Part shown: one piece after another, positions 9,670 through 18,907 of the stretch
Layout of the letters: every line of letters begins with the position of its first letter
Numbering within the stretch: position 1 is the first letter of the stretch
Assembly: GCA_964452145.1 (NCBI GenBank)
Contig: CAYVLA010000003.1
Coordinates: forward strand, 45,020-109,019
Reading direction: 5' to 3'
Source of the DNA: Candidatus Hadarchaeota archaeon
GTDB taxonomy: Archaea > CAYQAE01 > CAYVLA01
DNA: 64,000 bases
Notes under the pieces: model-generated
Database searches by the model: none
Seen by the model: the letters and a program-made list of their open reading frames with translations, nothing else
Told to the model about the DNA's origin: nothing
Translations under genes and position numbers: made by a program

Positions 9670-10605
9670 TCACCCGCCGCTCACTTCCAGCATACGCTTG
9701 GTCGCCCTTCGCACCTCTCTGGCCACATCGGGGGCCACGGCAACCTCATAGGCGTCGTTCTCCAAGCTCTCTGCAACCCTCTTCAGGGTCACCTCCTGCA
9801 TCCCCCTACAATGCGCCGTGTCCAGAATGGGGTAGAACCGCTTGGATGGAAACTTGTAGCCGAGGGTCTGGGCCATGGTGGTTTCGGTGCCCACGACGAA
9901 TTCCTCTTTTCCGGATTTCCTCGCCTCCTCCACCATGCCTCCAGTGCTCAGGACGCTGTCCGCAAGATCTACGACATCCGGATCGCACTCCGGATGGACC
10001 ATTACTTCGGCCGTGGGATGAGCCTGTCTAGCTTTCAGCACGTGATCGGGTCGGATCATCTTGTGAACGTAGCAGCATCCGTCGGCCGGAAGATGGACGA
10101 TTCTCTTGCCTGGCACTTTTCTGGCAACGTAGAGCCCAAGATTCCTGTCGGGTCCGAAGAGGATCTCTCTCTCCTCCAGTGCGGACACGATCCGCACGGC
10201 GTTCGCCGAGGTACAGAGGATGTCGGCCTCGGCCTTCGCCTCGGCCAACGAGTTCACGTAGAGGACCACTGCCGCACCCGGGTATTCCCGCCTAGCCCGC
10301 CTCACCGACTCCGCCCCCAGCATCGCCGCCATCTCGCACACGGCGTTGCGGGATGGAACAAGCACCTTCTTCCCCGGGTTCAGCACCGCAGCACTCTCCG
10401 CCATGAAATCCACGCCGCAGAAAACGATCTCCTCAAAGTCCTCCGCACGCGCGGCAGCCATGCAGAGCTCCAGAGAATCGCCGACGTGGTCGCTGACCTT
10501 CTGGACTTCGATCCGCTGGTAGTTATGACATAGGATGAGGGCCTTCTTGTCAGCCTTCAGTTCTAGGATCCGCCGCTTGATCTGCAGTTCCTCCGTCATC
10601 CGCAA
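9670..10605 (-). CDS. nadA: Quinolinate synthase
   Basis: HNYQ, GDSLEL, FCGVDFMAE, YVNS, CTSANA, HPEC, Fe-S cysteines. Confidence 0.96.
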   Translation of the reverse strand: MRMTEELQIKRRILELKADKKALILCHNYQRIEVQKVSDHVGDSLELCMAAARAEDFEEIVFCGVDFMAESAAVLNPGKKVLVPSRNAVCEMAAMLGAESVRRARREYPGAAVVLYVNSLAEAKAEADILCTSANAVRIVSALEEREILFGPDRNLGLYVARKVPGKRIVHLPADGCCYVHKMIRPDHVLKARQAHPTAEVMVHPECDPDVVDLADSVLSTGGMVEEARKSGKEEFVVGTETTMAQTLGYKFPSKRFYPILDTAHCRGMQEVTLKRVAESLENDAYEVAVAPDVAREVRRATKRMLEVSGG

Positions 10606-10610
10606 TCGAC

Positions 10611-11399
10611 CTAGGTACCGATGACGAGGCAGTCCTGCATCCCCCGGATGCTACGGATAACCGAAAGGGCCGCCAGATAGCTCGTTCTGGGGTTGTCAGG
10701 CGAGGGGACGTTTGAGACCATGAACCTTGCATGCCCGAAGTCCCCCCGAATCCTGACTTCGTGGACGTTGGCGTGGACCTTCGGGTCGGCGACTATCTTC
10801 ACCTTCACGTCGCACCCGGAGGCCAGTGCCAGCGATGCGGCGACGTTGATGTTCTCTGGAAAGAGCTTCACGGCCTCGCTAGCATCGCCACGAAAGATCA
10901 CCTTCCGCCGGGCCCCCGCCCCGGCCCCCGGTAGGCTTCTTGGGTTCTTCGTGGTGGTAAGACTCACGGACTCCACGCCCTTCATCGCGCAAGCCTTGAG
11001 CAAATCCAGGCCCCCGATTGCTCCGGAAGGGACGATGATCCTTCTTCCATGCGATGTGGCTGACTCTACAAGCCTGCTTCTCAGCGACCCATCCAGAAAC
11101 GCCCCAACGCTCAGAACGACTAGATCCTTGCCTTTTTGGAGGATCCTCTCGCCGTATTGGCGTACGGCTTCGATCGACGCGGCTTCGACGACAACCTGGA
11201 TCGGAGAATCGAGAAACTCCTCAAAGTCCCGCTTGGATAGCTCGGCCCTGCCAAGGACTTGGGCAAGGGCGCGCGATCTCGCTGGAAGAGAGTCAAACAG
11301 CGCTCCTATCTCTACGGCAAGCTCTCCGTCCTTGGTTGCCCTTGCGATGATTCCACCTATATTGCCACAGCCAAGCAATCCGATGATCGTTGACGTCAC
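10611..11399 (-). CDS. nadX: L-aspartate dehydrogenase
   Basis: GCGNIG, EAAS, SVGA, PSGAIGGLD, FPENINVA, NPRTSYLAALS; operon with nadA/nadC. Confidence 0.93.
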   Translation of the reverse strand: MTSTIIGLLGCGNIGGIIARATKDGELAVEIGALFDSLPARSRALAQVLGRAELSKRDFEEFLDSPIQVVVEAASIEAVRQYGERILQKGKDLVVLSVGAFLDGSLRSRLVESATSHGRRIIVPSGAIGGLDLLKACAMKGVESVSLTTTKNPRSLPGAGAGARRKVIFRGDASEAVKLFPENINVAASLALASGCDVKVKIVADPKVHANVHEVRIRGDFGHARFMVSNVPSPDNPRTSYLAALSVIRSIRGMQDCLVIGT

Positions 11400-11443
11400 T
11401 TCCGGGAATGCTTCACTAACCGGAACGCGGCTATTAAGTGTCT

Positions 11444-11875
11444 TCAGCCAGCTTCAACCTGGGCCGAGGTTCCCGCTGTCCTGACCTCAGCCTCAATGAT
11501 GCGTTCCAGAAGCGCGAGAAGGTCGGAAAGGGCCTCCACGTTCAGCATGACGCTGACCGTTTCGCCCTCGCCCTCAAGCCGCTTGGCGTACTCCCCTATC
11601 TTGCCGAGAACAGCCCGCCTTGCATCGGCGAGGGCCGAAGATGCATCCACGGCGCCCGGTGTCGGCAGCTTGGGGATCGAAGCCTTCGGCTGGACCTGTT
11701 TTGGTTCCTTGGCGGGGACCTCCCTCCCAGGTGTGGACGCTCCTTCCTCCCATCCGCACCTGGGGCAGAAGGTCCTGCCCTGAAACTGGAAAAGTGGAGC
11801 GTTGCACTCGGGGCAGCTTCTGTTCAACATCTTGCCGCCCTTGAGGAGCAGATCGGCCATGTCCTTGATATCCAT
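11444..11875 (-). CDS. UPF0148 / autoantigen-p27-like Zn-ribbon protein
   Basis: MADLLLKGGKML..CPEC.APLF....FCPRC; divergent from a UPF0147 gene, a common archaeal pairing. Confidence 0.8.
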   Translation of the reverse strand: MDIKDMADLLLKGGKMLNRSCPECNAPLFQFQGRTFCPRCGWEEGASTPGREVPAKEPKQVQPKASIPKLPTPGAVDASSALADARRAVLGKIGEYAKRLEGEGETVSVMLNVEALSDLLALLERIIEAEVRTAGTSAQVEAG

Positions 11876-11938
11876 TCGACCGCCCGAAAAGAGATAAATA
11901 GACCCCAGCTTAAAGGTTTATTCAGGAGGGGTCATTGG

Positions 11939-12196
11939 ATGGATGTTGAGGAGAAGATTAATGCCGTCTCTCGCGTTCTTGAGCAGATCACTGAGGATAC
12001 CTCGGTACCCCGAAACATAAGGAGGGCCGCGAAGGAAGCTGCTGACTGGCTTCAGGACAGGAAGCACACGCCGGGGGTCAGGGCCAGCTCGGCGGTGAAT
12101 ATCTTGGACGAGATCAGTGAAGACCCCAACATGCCAGTTCACACCAGAACCATGATCTGGAGCATAGTCAGCGAGTTGGAAGTCATCCAAGACTGA
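11939..12196 (+). CDS. UPF0147 family protein
   Basis: DTSVPRNIRRAA...LDEISEDPNMPVHTRT.IW; ATG at 11939 after a GGAGGGG RBS. The longer ORF-track start is rejected. Confidence 0.9.
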   Translation: MDVEEKINAVSRVLEQITEDTSVPRNIRRAAKEAADWLQDRKHTPGVRASSAVNILDEISEDPNMPVHTRTMIWSIVSELEVIQD

Positions 12197-12244
12197 CAGG
12201 CGTGAAGCCGGGCAGAGGGCCCGCCCACGCAGGCCCCGAGATAG

Positions 12245-12328
12245 CTAGTAGACCACATACTGGAGGATGTACCAGATCATGGCCAAGACAAGAACCCAGT
12301 ATGCGATGCTGAAGTAGAGAAACCTCAA
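12245..12328 (-). CDS. Candidate 27-aa single-pass membrane peptide
   Basis: MRFLYFSIAYWVLVLAMIWYILQYVVY* from TTG with AGGTG upstream; TATA-like TTTTAAG near 12363-12370; below the ORF-track cutoff. Confidence 0.45.
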   Translation of the reverse strand: MRFLYFSIAYWVLVLAMIWYILQYVVY

Positions 12329-12414
12329 CCGGATTGCACCTAGCGGTCCCACCCTCCTACCACTTAAAAATATTTTCAAGCGGGAAGCGGCCGATGCCGC
12401 TCAAAAGAGGGCGA

Positions 12415-13032
12415 TCAGGACTGATCGGGCCCATCGGGTGCTGGTGGACTCTTATTTTTGATGATGGAATAATTCTGGACGTTCTTTCCGTCATCCACGG
12501 CATCAAGAATGAGATCTGACAGATAGAAGAGGGCGGGGTGCAGCTTGTACTCCACTTCATCGTGTCTTCTGGCATCCTCCAGAACGACCACCGGACACCG
12601 TTGCGAGACGATCCTCAAAGAAGGGTAGACCGACTCCCACAGCTTCCTCTTCGCCCTATATCGCTCAGGGGGATCGAACTCCGCGACAAGGGAACTCGCC
12701 CTGTTCAGGAGTATCATGCCTAGGTCGGGTATCGAAGCGGCAGCCTTCAGATCGGCCTTGAGGGCTTCCGCATCCTCGGGATGGCTCACCAGCACCCTCG
12801 CAGCCTCCTCCTTGGATAGCAGGGGCCTTTCGCGCTCAAGGGCCACGGTACGATCGCAATCCAGTACGAGGCATTTCAGGCCGTCTCTTGCCCTCTCGAT
12901 ACAAAGCCCTATGCCCAGCCCAACATTGGCCCGCGGATGATAGCCGAGAAACAGACAGATACCCTGCCCCGAGATGAGGCCCGCGGCCTCGCAGCGGGAG
13001 AGGATGCGATCCTCCGCGGTCGACTCAGCCAC
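12415..13032 (-). CDS. Degenerate RecA/RadB-fold protein (P-loop lost)
   Basis: RadB-like order of elements (GICLFLGYHPRAN.., CLVLDCD, MILLNRASSL, PVVVL, YLSDLIL). Start moved to GTG 13032 because the upstream part is the tRNA gene. Confidence 0.5.
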   Translation of the reverse strand: MAESTAEDRILSRCEAAGLISGQGICLFLGYHPRANVGLGIGLCIERARDGLKCLVLDCDRTVALERERPLLSKEEAARVLVSHPEDAEALKADLKAAASIPDLGMILLNRASSLVAEFDPPERYRAKRKLWESVYPSLRIVSQRCPVVVLEDARRHDEVEYKLHPALFYLSDLILDAVDDGKNVQNYSIIKNKSPPAPDGPDQS

Positions 13033-13047
13033 TCCCCTGGAGGAGGA

Positions 13048-13179
13048 TAGCCCGGTACGGATTTCCGGCCGTGAATTGGCATTCGAACCGCAGTCCACGG
13101 ATCTCCCCGAATCGAGTTCACCAGAGTCCGTGATGCTTTCGTGGAGGGCTAGTGCCCTTGACCACTACACCACCGGGCT
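13048..13179 (-). tRNA. tRNA-Gln(CUG) interrupted by three BHB introns (20a/20b, 37/38, 59/60)
   Basis: Exons 13179-13160, 13138-13121, 13102-13082 and 13061-13048 join to AGCCCGGTGGTGTAGTGGTCAAGCATCACGGACTCTGGATCCGTGGACTGCGGTTCGAATCCGTACCGGGCTA. This is 73 nt with a full cloverleaf, A1-U72 and anticodon CTG. Introns are 21, 18 and 20 nt and each folds as a BHB/HBh' motif. Confidence 0.93.
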
Positions 13180-13501
13180 ATGCGCAAGACCCACTTTGGC
13201 CCGCCTTGTCTCTTAACTATTTCCTGCCAAGCTGCCAAGCCCCTAGCCCATCACAACCCGCTGCACGGGTCCGGGCTTCTTCAGGCATTTTCACAGGGAG
13301 ATGGGCATACCGGGCTGGTAGTATTGGAATCAAATGGACTAGGCCCCGGCGAAGAGTCTTCCACGTGACAATCGCCATTCACGCGACAGCCAAGTCGGGG
13401 CGCGAAGGCTTAGGGCGAACCACAAGCGGGAGGCCCACTCTCACTCTTCCCTAAGAAAGAGATATTAGACATATGCCGCCTTCCGGGCACAGAGGGATAG
13501 C

Positions 13502-14527
13502 TTGGCGAAGATGAAGTGGGCCAACCTGGTTACTCCGACCGAGATAGTGATCGAGGAGGCAGAGATTCCCGTCCCCGGGCCCGGCGAGGTGCAGGTGAAG
13601 ATTGCGGTCTGCGGCGTCTGCGGATCCGATGTTCATGCCTATCACGGGAAGCACCCGTTCGTGAAGACCCCGATAGTCCCCGGGCACGAATTCTCTGGCA
13701 AGGTCTCACAGCTGGGAAAGGGCGTCACCGGTTTCGCACCAGGGGACAGAGTCGTCGTGGAGCCCTCACTAACCTGCGGCAAGTGTTACAACTGCCGCAA
13801 CGGCCTCTACAATATCTGCACGGAGCTCAGAGTCCTAGGTTGTCAGGCGGCCGGGGCGTTTGCCCAGTACATCTCGGTTCCAGCCAGCAAGGTCTACAAG
13901 ATGCCAAAGGGGATGGACTTTGACGATGGCGCGCTTGTTGAGCCCGCTGCCGTTGGGGTACACGCGGTGAGAAAGAGCGAGCTGGGTCTTGGAGACCGCG
14001 TGGTCGTCCTAGGTGAAGGGGTCATAGGCCTCATGATAGCCCAGGCGGCCCGCGCGGCGGGCGCCGGCGAGATCATCGTGGCGGGCCATCACTCCGAGAG
14101 GCTCGCCGTGGCCAAGAAGCTGGGTGCCGATGTTGTCTACAAGGCCGGCGATACCGTCAAGTTCATCAGGGACCGCTATGGCCCGGATGGGATAGACATA
14201 GTCTACGAGGCAGTCGGCGTGGGCGCCGCCATCAACGAAGCGATCGACATCGTGCGGAAGGGGGCGAAAGTGATCGTGGTCGGCGTCTTCGGCGAGCACC
14301 CAGTCACAAAGGTCGGACTGATTCAGGACAAGGAGATCGACATGCGTGGAAGCCTGATGTACGTCAACACGGACTACCCGCGAACCCTTGACCTCATCTC
14401 ATCCGGAAGGATACAGACCAAACCCCTTATCACTGCAAGGTTCCCGCTCGAGCGGGTCGCGGACGCCTTCGATCTAATCCGCGAGAAGAGGGGCGAGATG
14501 CTCAAGGTCCTTTTGGACATATCCTGA
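13502..14527 (+). CDS. Zn-dependent medium-chain dehydrogenase (sorbitol/threonine dehydrogenase-like)
   Basis: GVCGSD, GHE, CGKCYNC..C structural Zn, GEGVIG Rossmann. Confidence 0.9.
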   Translation: MAKMKWANLVTPTEIVIEEAEIPVPGPGEVQVKIAVCGVCGSDVHAYHGKHPFVKTPIVPGHEFSGKVSQLGKGVTGFAPGDRVVVEPSLTCGKCYNCRNGLYNICTELRVLGCQAAGAFAQYISVPASKVYKMPKGMDFDDGALVEPAAVGVHAVRKSELGLGDRVVVLGEGVIGLMIAQAARAAGAGEIIVAGHHSERLAVAKKLGADVVYKAGDTVKFIRDRYGPDGIDIVYEAVGVGAAINEAIDIVRKGAKVIVVGVFGEHPVTKVGLIQDKEIDMRGSLMYVNTDYPRTLDLISSGRIQTKPLITARFPLERVADAFDLIREKRGEMLKVLLDIS

Positions 14528-14647
14528 TGCGGTTTTCCCGATGCGGGTTGCGCGCGGAATGCGCGCTGTGCAGGATCCGTCCGCTCTTGGGTTAGGCCGG
14601 GACAAGCGTCCCCGTAGGGGGCTCGCTCACGATCAGGCATCCGCCCT

Positions 14648-17600
14648 TCACTTGCCTCGAATCAACCTTGCCGCGGACGCGACTGCGAGGCAGCCCACCA
14701 CGATGGCTAGGAATGCCATCGGCAAGATGCTTGCCGGCATCCCGACGACTCCCATCTCGCCTCCGGGCTCCGGCCGGGATACTTCGGGTCCAAATCTGGA
14801 TGGAACCTCGCCCTTGACCTCGAAGCGAGGCCCGGCCGCCTCGGTCCTCACGTTGGGCTTGTAGTAGGAGTAGGCCTTGCTGGTCCCTCCCAGTGCCTTG
14901 ACCGGGAACAAGGCCAGGATGCTGAACTTGATCCGGATCTCCCGTCCTCTCTCAAGATCGTCCACGTAGAAGATGACCTTGCGCCCGGCCACCTCGACCC
15001 TGCTCGCAAGGCCCTGGGACACGACCTCATCCAGCGTGGACTGGACCGGCACGAAACCAGTGGGCACGGCTATGTCCAGGATCATCATGCCCGTCGAGTT
15101 GTACAGCCCGTTGTACCTCACGCGTGCCACCACCTCCACTATGTCGTTGACGGCGGCGTTTGTCGTGTTGTACTCCACACCCAGGAAGAACTCGGGGTTT
15201 GCGGCGACCTCTCCCGGGATGTTGAACCGTTTGGCCAGCTGGAATAGCACCTTCCCCTCACCGCTCATCTGTAGCTCGAGTTCCCTTGCACCCAGAGGTA
15301 TTCCGACGATCTGCAGCACGTCGAAGTTGGACTCAGTCAACTCGATCCTGGCCAGGGTCGTGCCGTCGACCACCACGTCGATGGCCGAGTTGATGTTACG
15401 GGACTGCAGCCTCGCAGCCGTCATGAGTGCCTTGAGTGCCATCACCGTGTCCTGCGTGCTTGAGAACCCTCCCAAGGAATTTCTCTGGGAGGCGATCCAT
15501 CGGATGGCCGACTCCGCCTCGGACCTCTCCTCAAGCATCAAGGCGAGGGCCGCATACGCTGTGGTCTCTATGGCGTTTGATCTCTCCTGCCCGGAACTCC
15601 AGTACATGCCGTTCTCATCGGTTCGAGCTTTCTCCAGAAGCCTTGATACGGCTTCCTCTGCCTTCGGCGATCCGACCTTCTCCAGCAGGAGCGAGCTCAC
15701 CGCCAGTGCGTAGACATCGTCTCCGTCCAGTGCGTGCTCCTCTAGGTAAGCTATGGCTTTGGCCAGTGACGCGTCGCCGGAAGAGTCACCGTAGTCGGCA
15801 AGCGCGATGGCGACGAAGGCCGTCAAGGCCGACTTTGCCTCAGGGTTCAGACCACCCATCATCTCCCGGTGGCACACGAATCCTACCGGGCTCCACGAAC
15901 CGTTCGAGTTCTGATGGGACTCGATCCACTGTACTGCCTGGGCGAGAACCGTCTCATCGATGCTGAGCACCTCCCTTGCTTCACTGAACACGTCAAGCAC
16001 GAAGGCCGTCAGCCAAAGACTCCCCTCCTGATCGCTCTGGCCAAAGGCCGAGAAGGAGCCATCATTTCTGCGGAAGGTCAGCTCCCTCTGGTATCCGGTG
16101 ATGAGGAAGTGCTCGGCCTTAGCCCTGATCTCGGGGACGATCTGGCCGGTTGAGTCCAGGTATCTGAGTATCTCAAGATCGGGTGCCATGAACATCATGT
16201 TCTGTTCGCCGCAGCCGAAGGGAATGCCCAGAAGATCCTCCACACCGTTGATCGTCTGGCCCACCAAGCTGGGAGTGATGCTTAGAAGGATCCTGCCCGA
16301 GTCCTCAATAATCCCATCGGGGAGGGAGAGGTCGAACTTTCTCGGTTCGGTCTGTGTGATGAATCCGTTTTGCACGATCTCCCTGGGCGTGCCCTCGGCC
16401 TCGATCAGGATATCCCTTCTAACCGCGTCGGCCCTCTCATTGGTGCGGGCCGTGATCTCCAACTTGAACTGCCCGATTCTGGTCGGACGTATAGTGAACG
16501 CAACCGCAGCCACGGAGTTCCCCGGAACTACGCCCACCTTGACCCTCTCATCCAGTAGCTCGAACCAGGCATCGTGGGCTATTTCGACCTGCACGGTCTG
16601 GCTTGTGGCTAGGTAGTTGTAGATCTGCACGATGACCGGGAACTCCTCACCCCGTGTTACGGCGTAGGGCAGATCGGGTTCGACGAAGAAGTCCTGAAAG
16701 ACCTTCAGGGAGGTCTCGGCGATCCCTATCCCTTCCTGGCTGGAAGAGACTGCGTGAAGTCGCCAGGTCGTTATGGAATCCGGAACATCGAGCCGGATCG
16801 TGGCGTGTCCCGTGGGATCGGTCAGCAGGCTCGGGTTCCAGTACCAGGTTTCGGGGAAGAACTGCCTCACCCTCTGGACCTCCGCCAATCCCTGGCCACC
16901 CGACGTCGTCGGGTACTGCTGGTTTGCATCCTTCGCTGCTTCGGCCAAGACATCGATGCCGCCCCCTCGGAAGCGGATGAACCAGCTGGCACTCCCCTCG
17001 GGGATGTCTATGGACTTCGACGTTATCACCTGAACTCCGGCATCGTCGAAGACGTCCTTTGCCCCCATGGTCACAGGTCCCCACCAGAAGGGGCCCCCCT
17101 CAGGGTGGGCTTCGGCTTGGGGGGCCATGAAGATCTTCTCAAGCTCGTCGAAGATCTGCCTGAGGTTCAGCCTTCCCTCGTTCAGGGCGTAAACCGACTC
17201 GTCCACGACCGATATGCCTATCATGGTGGCTATTCCGGAACTCGATTGTAGGTCTATGACCACGCTTTCACCAGGAGCGGAGGTCTCCGCAGAGAAGGAG
17301 GCGGATAAAGTCACCCCGGTTTCAAGACCGACGTCGAAGGGAAGTGAATCGGCCGACACTTCATTATTGGGGTTGATCACGTAGGCCACGAGCTTGGCCT
17401 TGGGAACCATCTTCGGGGTCACCTTGAACGAGATGTATCTCCCCGTCGTGAATCCTGAGTAGACCGTCCTGCCGCCCGCCACCACGTCGTAGTACACAGT
17501 TCTCTTCGAGGTGCTAAGGACTTCGAAGGTCACCGAGTCGCCGACGCGGACCTCGCCCGGAGAGCTCTGCTTGATGTGGACGAAGTAGCCAGCCGGAGAA

Positions 17601-18907
17601 TAGGCACTCCTCAGCGAGATCTCGACCTGGGCGCCGTCCTCCTTGACAGAGGCCGCCAGATTCGCCGAGGCGCACTTCCCGGGCACATTGAGGTCGGCCA
17701 TCGCAATCCCCTTGAACGTTGTTACCTCCCTCTCCTCGCTGCTCGTGCTCCCGTCATCCATGTAGTAGGTGGCGGTGAGCTGGACCCTCTTGTCCAGGGG
17801 TTCGCCCCCAGGAGTCTCGGTTACGATTAGCACATCTAGGGGAAGGCCGGGCTTGATGATCTCGCCGGAGGGTATGATCTGCACGACGGTGGGAGAACCC
17901 GCTATCTTCAAAAGCTGGGAATCCCTTTCCTCGTGCCCGGATCCATCGATGACGGAGACGTTCAGGATCACCGATCCCAGGCCGCCCGAGCCCACGGTTC
18001 CAACCAGGTAGCCCACCCGGGGTATCTCGAACTGGACGGCTCCGCCGGAGAGCTGGCCTCTGAAGGTCGCAAACTCCTCCCATTGGGCAACGTACTTGTA
18101 CGCCCGGACCTCAACCATCCCGTCCACGGGCTTGCCAAAGAAGTAGTTCGCTCTTACCTCACCGGCGATGCTCTCATCCACGAGGAACCAGTCGCGGGGC
18201 ATCACGACCTCGATGCCGAACTTCGGCAAGACGTACTTCTCGACCCTGATGTCGACCGTTGCCATGCCGGTTGGGGCATTGGCCGTTATCTTCCAGGTCC
18301 CCAGGTTCAGCTCGTCAGCCAGTGCCAGATCGAAGCTGGCTACACCGTAGGAATCTGTGGTCAGCTCCTTTCTGAAGATCTTCACCCCCTTCGAATCCGA
18401 GATCGACAGGTTCAATCCAACCGATACCGGCTTGAGGTCGGCGTTCAGGGCAAGAACCCTGCCGTGAATGGTCTGGCCGGGCTTGTAGATCGGCTTGTCG
18501 GTTTCTATCAGCAGGGTCAAGGCATCGGCAACGACGATATCCCCTCTTATCGACTCGCCGTTTCCCGGGGAGGTGAGCACAAAGCTGTACGCCCCCTTGT
18601 CCACCGGGGGTACGTGAAATCGCGCGATTAGATGTCCGTCGGGACCTGTTCTGCCTTCGAAGACTTTGATCCCCTGACCCGTGTCCCCGGCCTTGACCAG
18701 GCTCAGCACTATCTGTCTATCGATGGGCTTCCCGGTTCCGGATGAGAAGGAGCTCACGCTGACCGAGGACTCCGTGCCGAGGTAGAGCTTCTTCGGCGCC
18801 AGCACGATGTACTCGGCTGACGCGGGATCCCCCAGTATCAGCGCGGGGGACAGCATCTGGGCAAACAACACGATCGGTACGACGATGGATATCTTCCGGC
18901 GTCTCAT
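14648..18907 (-). CDS. Alpha-2-macroglobulin / thioester-containing protein (CD109/TEP-like), signal peptide plus C-terminal TM anchor
   Basis: TDKPIYKPGQ, EKYVLPKF, VVDESVYAL, FFPETWYW, PDSITTW, thioester GCGEQ (16216-16202), SLWLTAFV, CHREMMGG, GGFSSTQDT, GMMILDIAVPTGF, YSYY. Confidence 0.93.
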   Translation of the reverse strand: MRRRKISIVVPIVLFAQMLSPALILGDPASAEYIVLAPKKLYLGTESSVSVSSFSSGTGKPIDRQIVLSLVKAGDTGQGIKVFEGRTGPDGHLIARFHVPPVDKGAYSFVLTSPGNGESIRGDIVVADALTLLIETDKPIYKPGQTIHGRVLALNADLKPVSVGLNLSISDSKGVKIFRKELTTDSYGVASFDLALADELNLGTWKITANAPTGMATVDIRVEKYVLPKFGIEVVMPRDWFLVDESIAGEVRANYFFGKPVDGMVEVRAYKYVAQWEEFATFRGQLSGGAVQFEIPRVGYLVGTVGSGGLGSVILNVSVIDGSGHEERDSQLLKIAGSPTVVQIIPSGEIIKPGLPLDVLIVTETPGGEPLDKRVQLTATYYMDDGSTSSEEREVTTFKGIAMADLNVPGKCASANLAASVKEDGAQVEISLRSAYSPAGYFVHIKQSSPGEVRVGDSVTFEVLSTSKRTVYYDVVAGGRTVYSGFTTGRYISFKVTPKMVPKAKLVAYVINPNNEVSADSLPFDVGLETGVTLSASFSAETSAPGESVVIDLQSSSGIATMIGISVVDESVYALNEGRLNLRQIFDELEKIFMAPQAEAHPEGGPFWWGPVTMGAKDVFDDAGVQVITSKSIDIPEGSASWFIRFRGGGIDVLAEAAKDANQQYPTTSGGQGLAEVQRVRQFFPETWYWNPSLLTDPTGHATIRLDVPDSITTWRLHAVSSSQEGIGIAETSLKVFQDFFVEPDLPYAVTRGEEFPVIVQIYNYLATSQTVQVEIAHDAWFELLDERVKVGVVPGNSVAAVAFTIRPTRIGQFKLEITARTNERADAVRRDILIEAEGTPREIVQNGFITQTEPRKFDLSLPDGIIEDSGRILLSITPSLVGQTINGVEDLLGIPFGCGEQNMMFMAPDLEILRYLDSTGQIVPEIRAKAEHFLITGYQRELTFRRNDGSFSAFGQSDQEGSLWLTAFVLDVFSEAREVLSIDETVLAQAVQWIESHQNSNGSWSPVGFVCHREMMGGLNPEAKSALTAFVAIALADYGDSSGDASLAKAIAYLEEHALDGDDVYALAVSSLLLEKVGSPKAEEAVSRLLEKARTDENGMYWSSGQERSNAIETTAYAALALMLEERSEAESAIRWIASQRNSLGGFSSTQDTVMALKALMTAARLQSRNINSAIDVVVDGTTLARIELTESNFDVLQIVGIPLGARELELQMSGEGKVLFQLAKRFNIPGEVAANPEFFLGVEYNTTNAAVNDIVEVVARVRYNGLYNSTGMMILDIAVPTGFVPVQSTLDEVVSQGLASRVEVAGRKVIFYVDDLERGREIRIKFSILALFPVKALGGTSKAYSYYKPNVRTEAAGPRFEVKGEVPSRFGPEVSRPEPGGEMGVVGMPASILPMAFLAIVVGCLAVASAARLIRGK

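Noticed and set aside
8935..10533. Long antisense ORFs (also 5697..6746, 32113..33654, 57253..58164, 59142..60161)
   Set aside because: Shadows of well-supported genes on the opposite strand in GC-rich DNA
13033..13098. N-terminal part of ORF 12415..13098 and other ORFs over 12909-13454
   Set aside because: They overlap the tRNA-Gln gene and are spurious translations
13048..13320. tRNA as an integration site (att duplication)
   Set aside because: Only a 9-nt match in the opposite orientation near 13308; no integrase in the window
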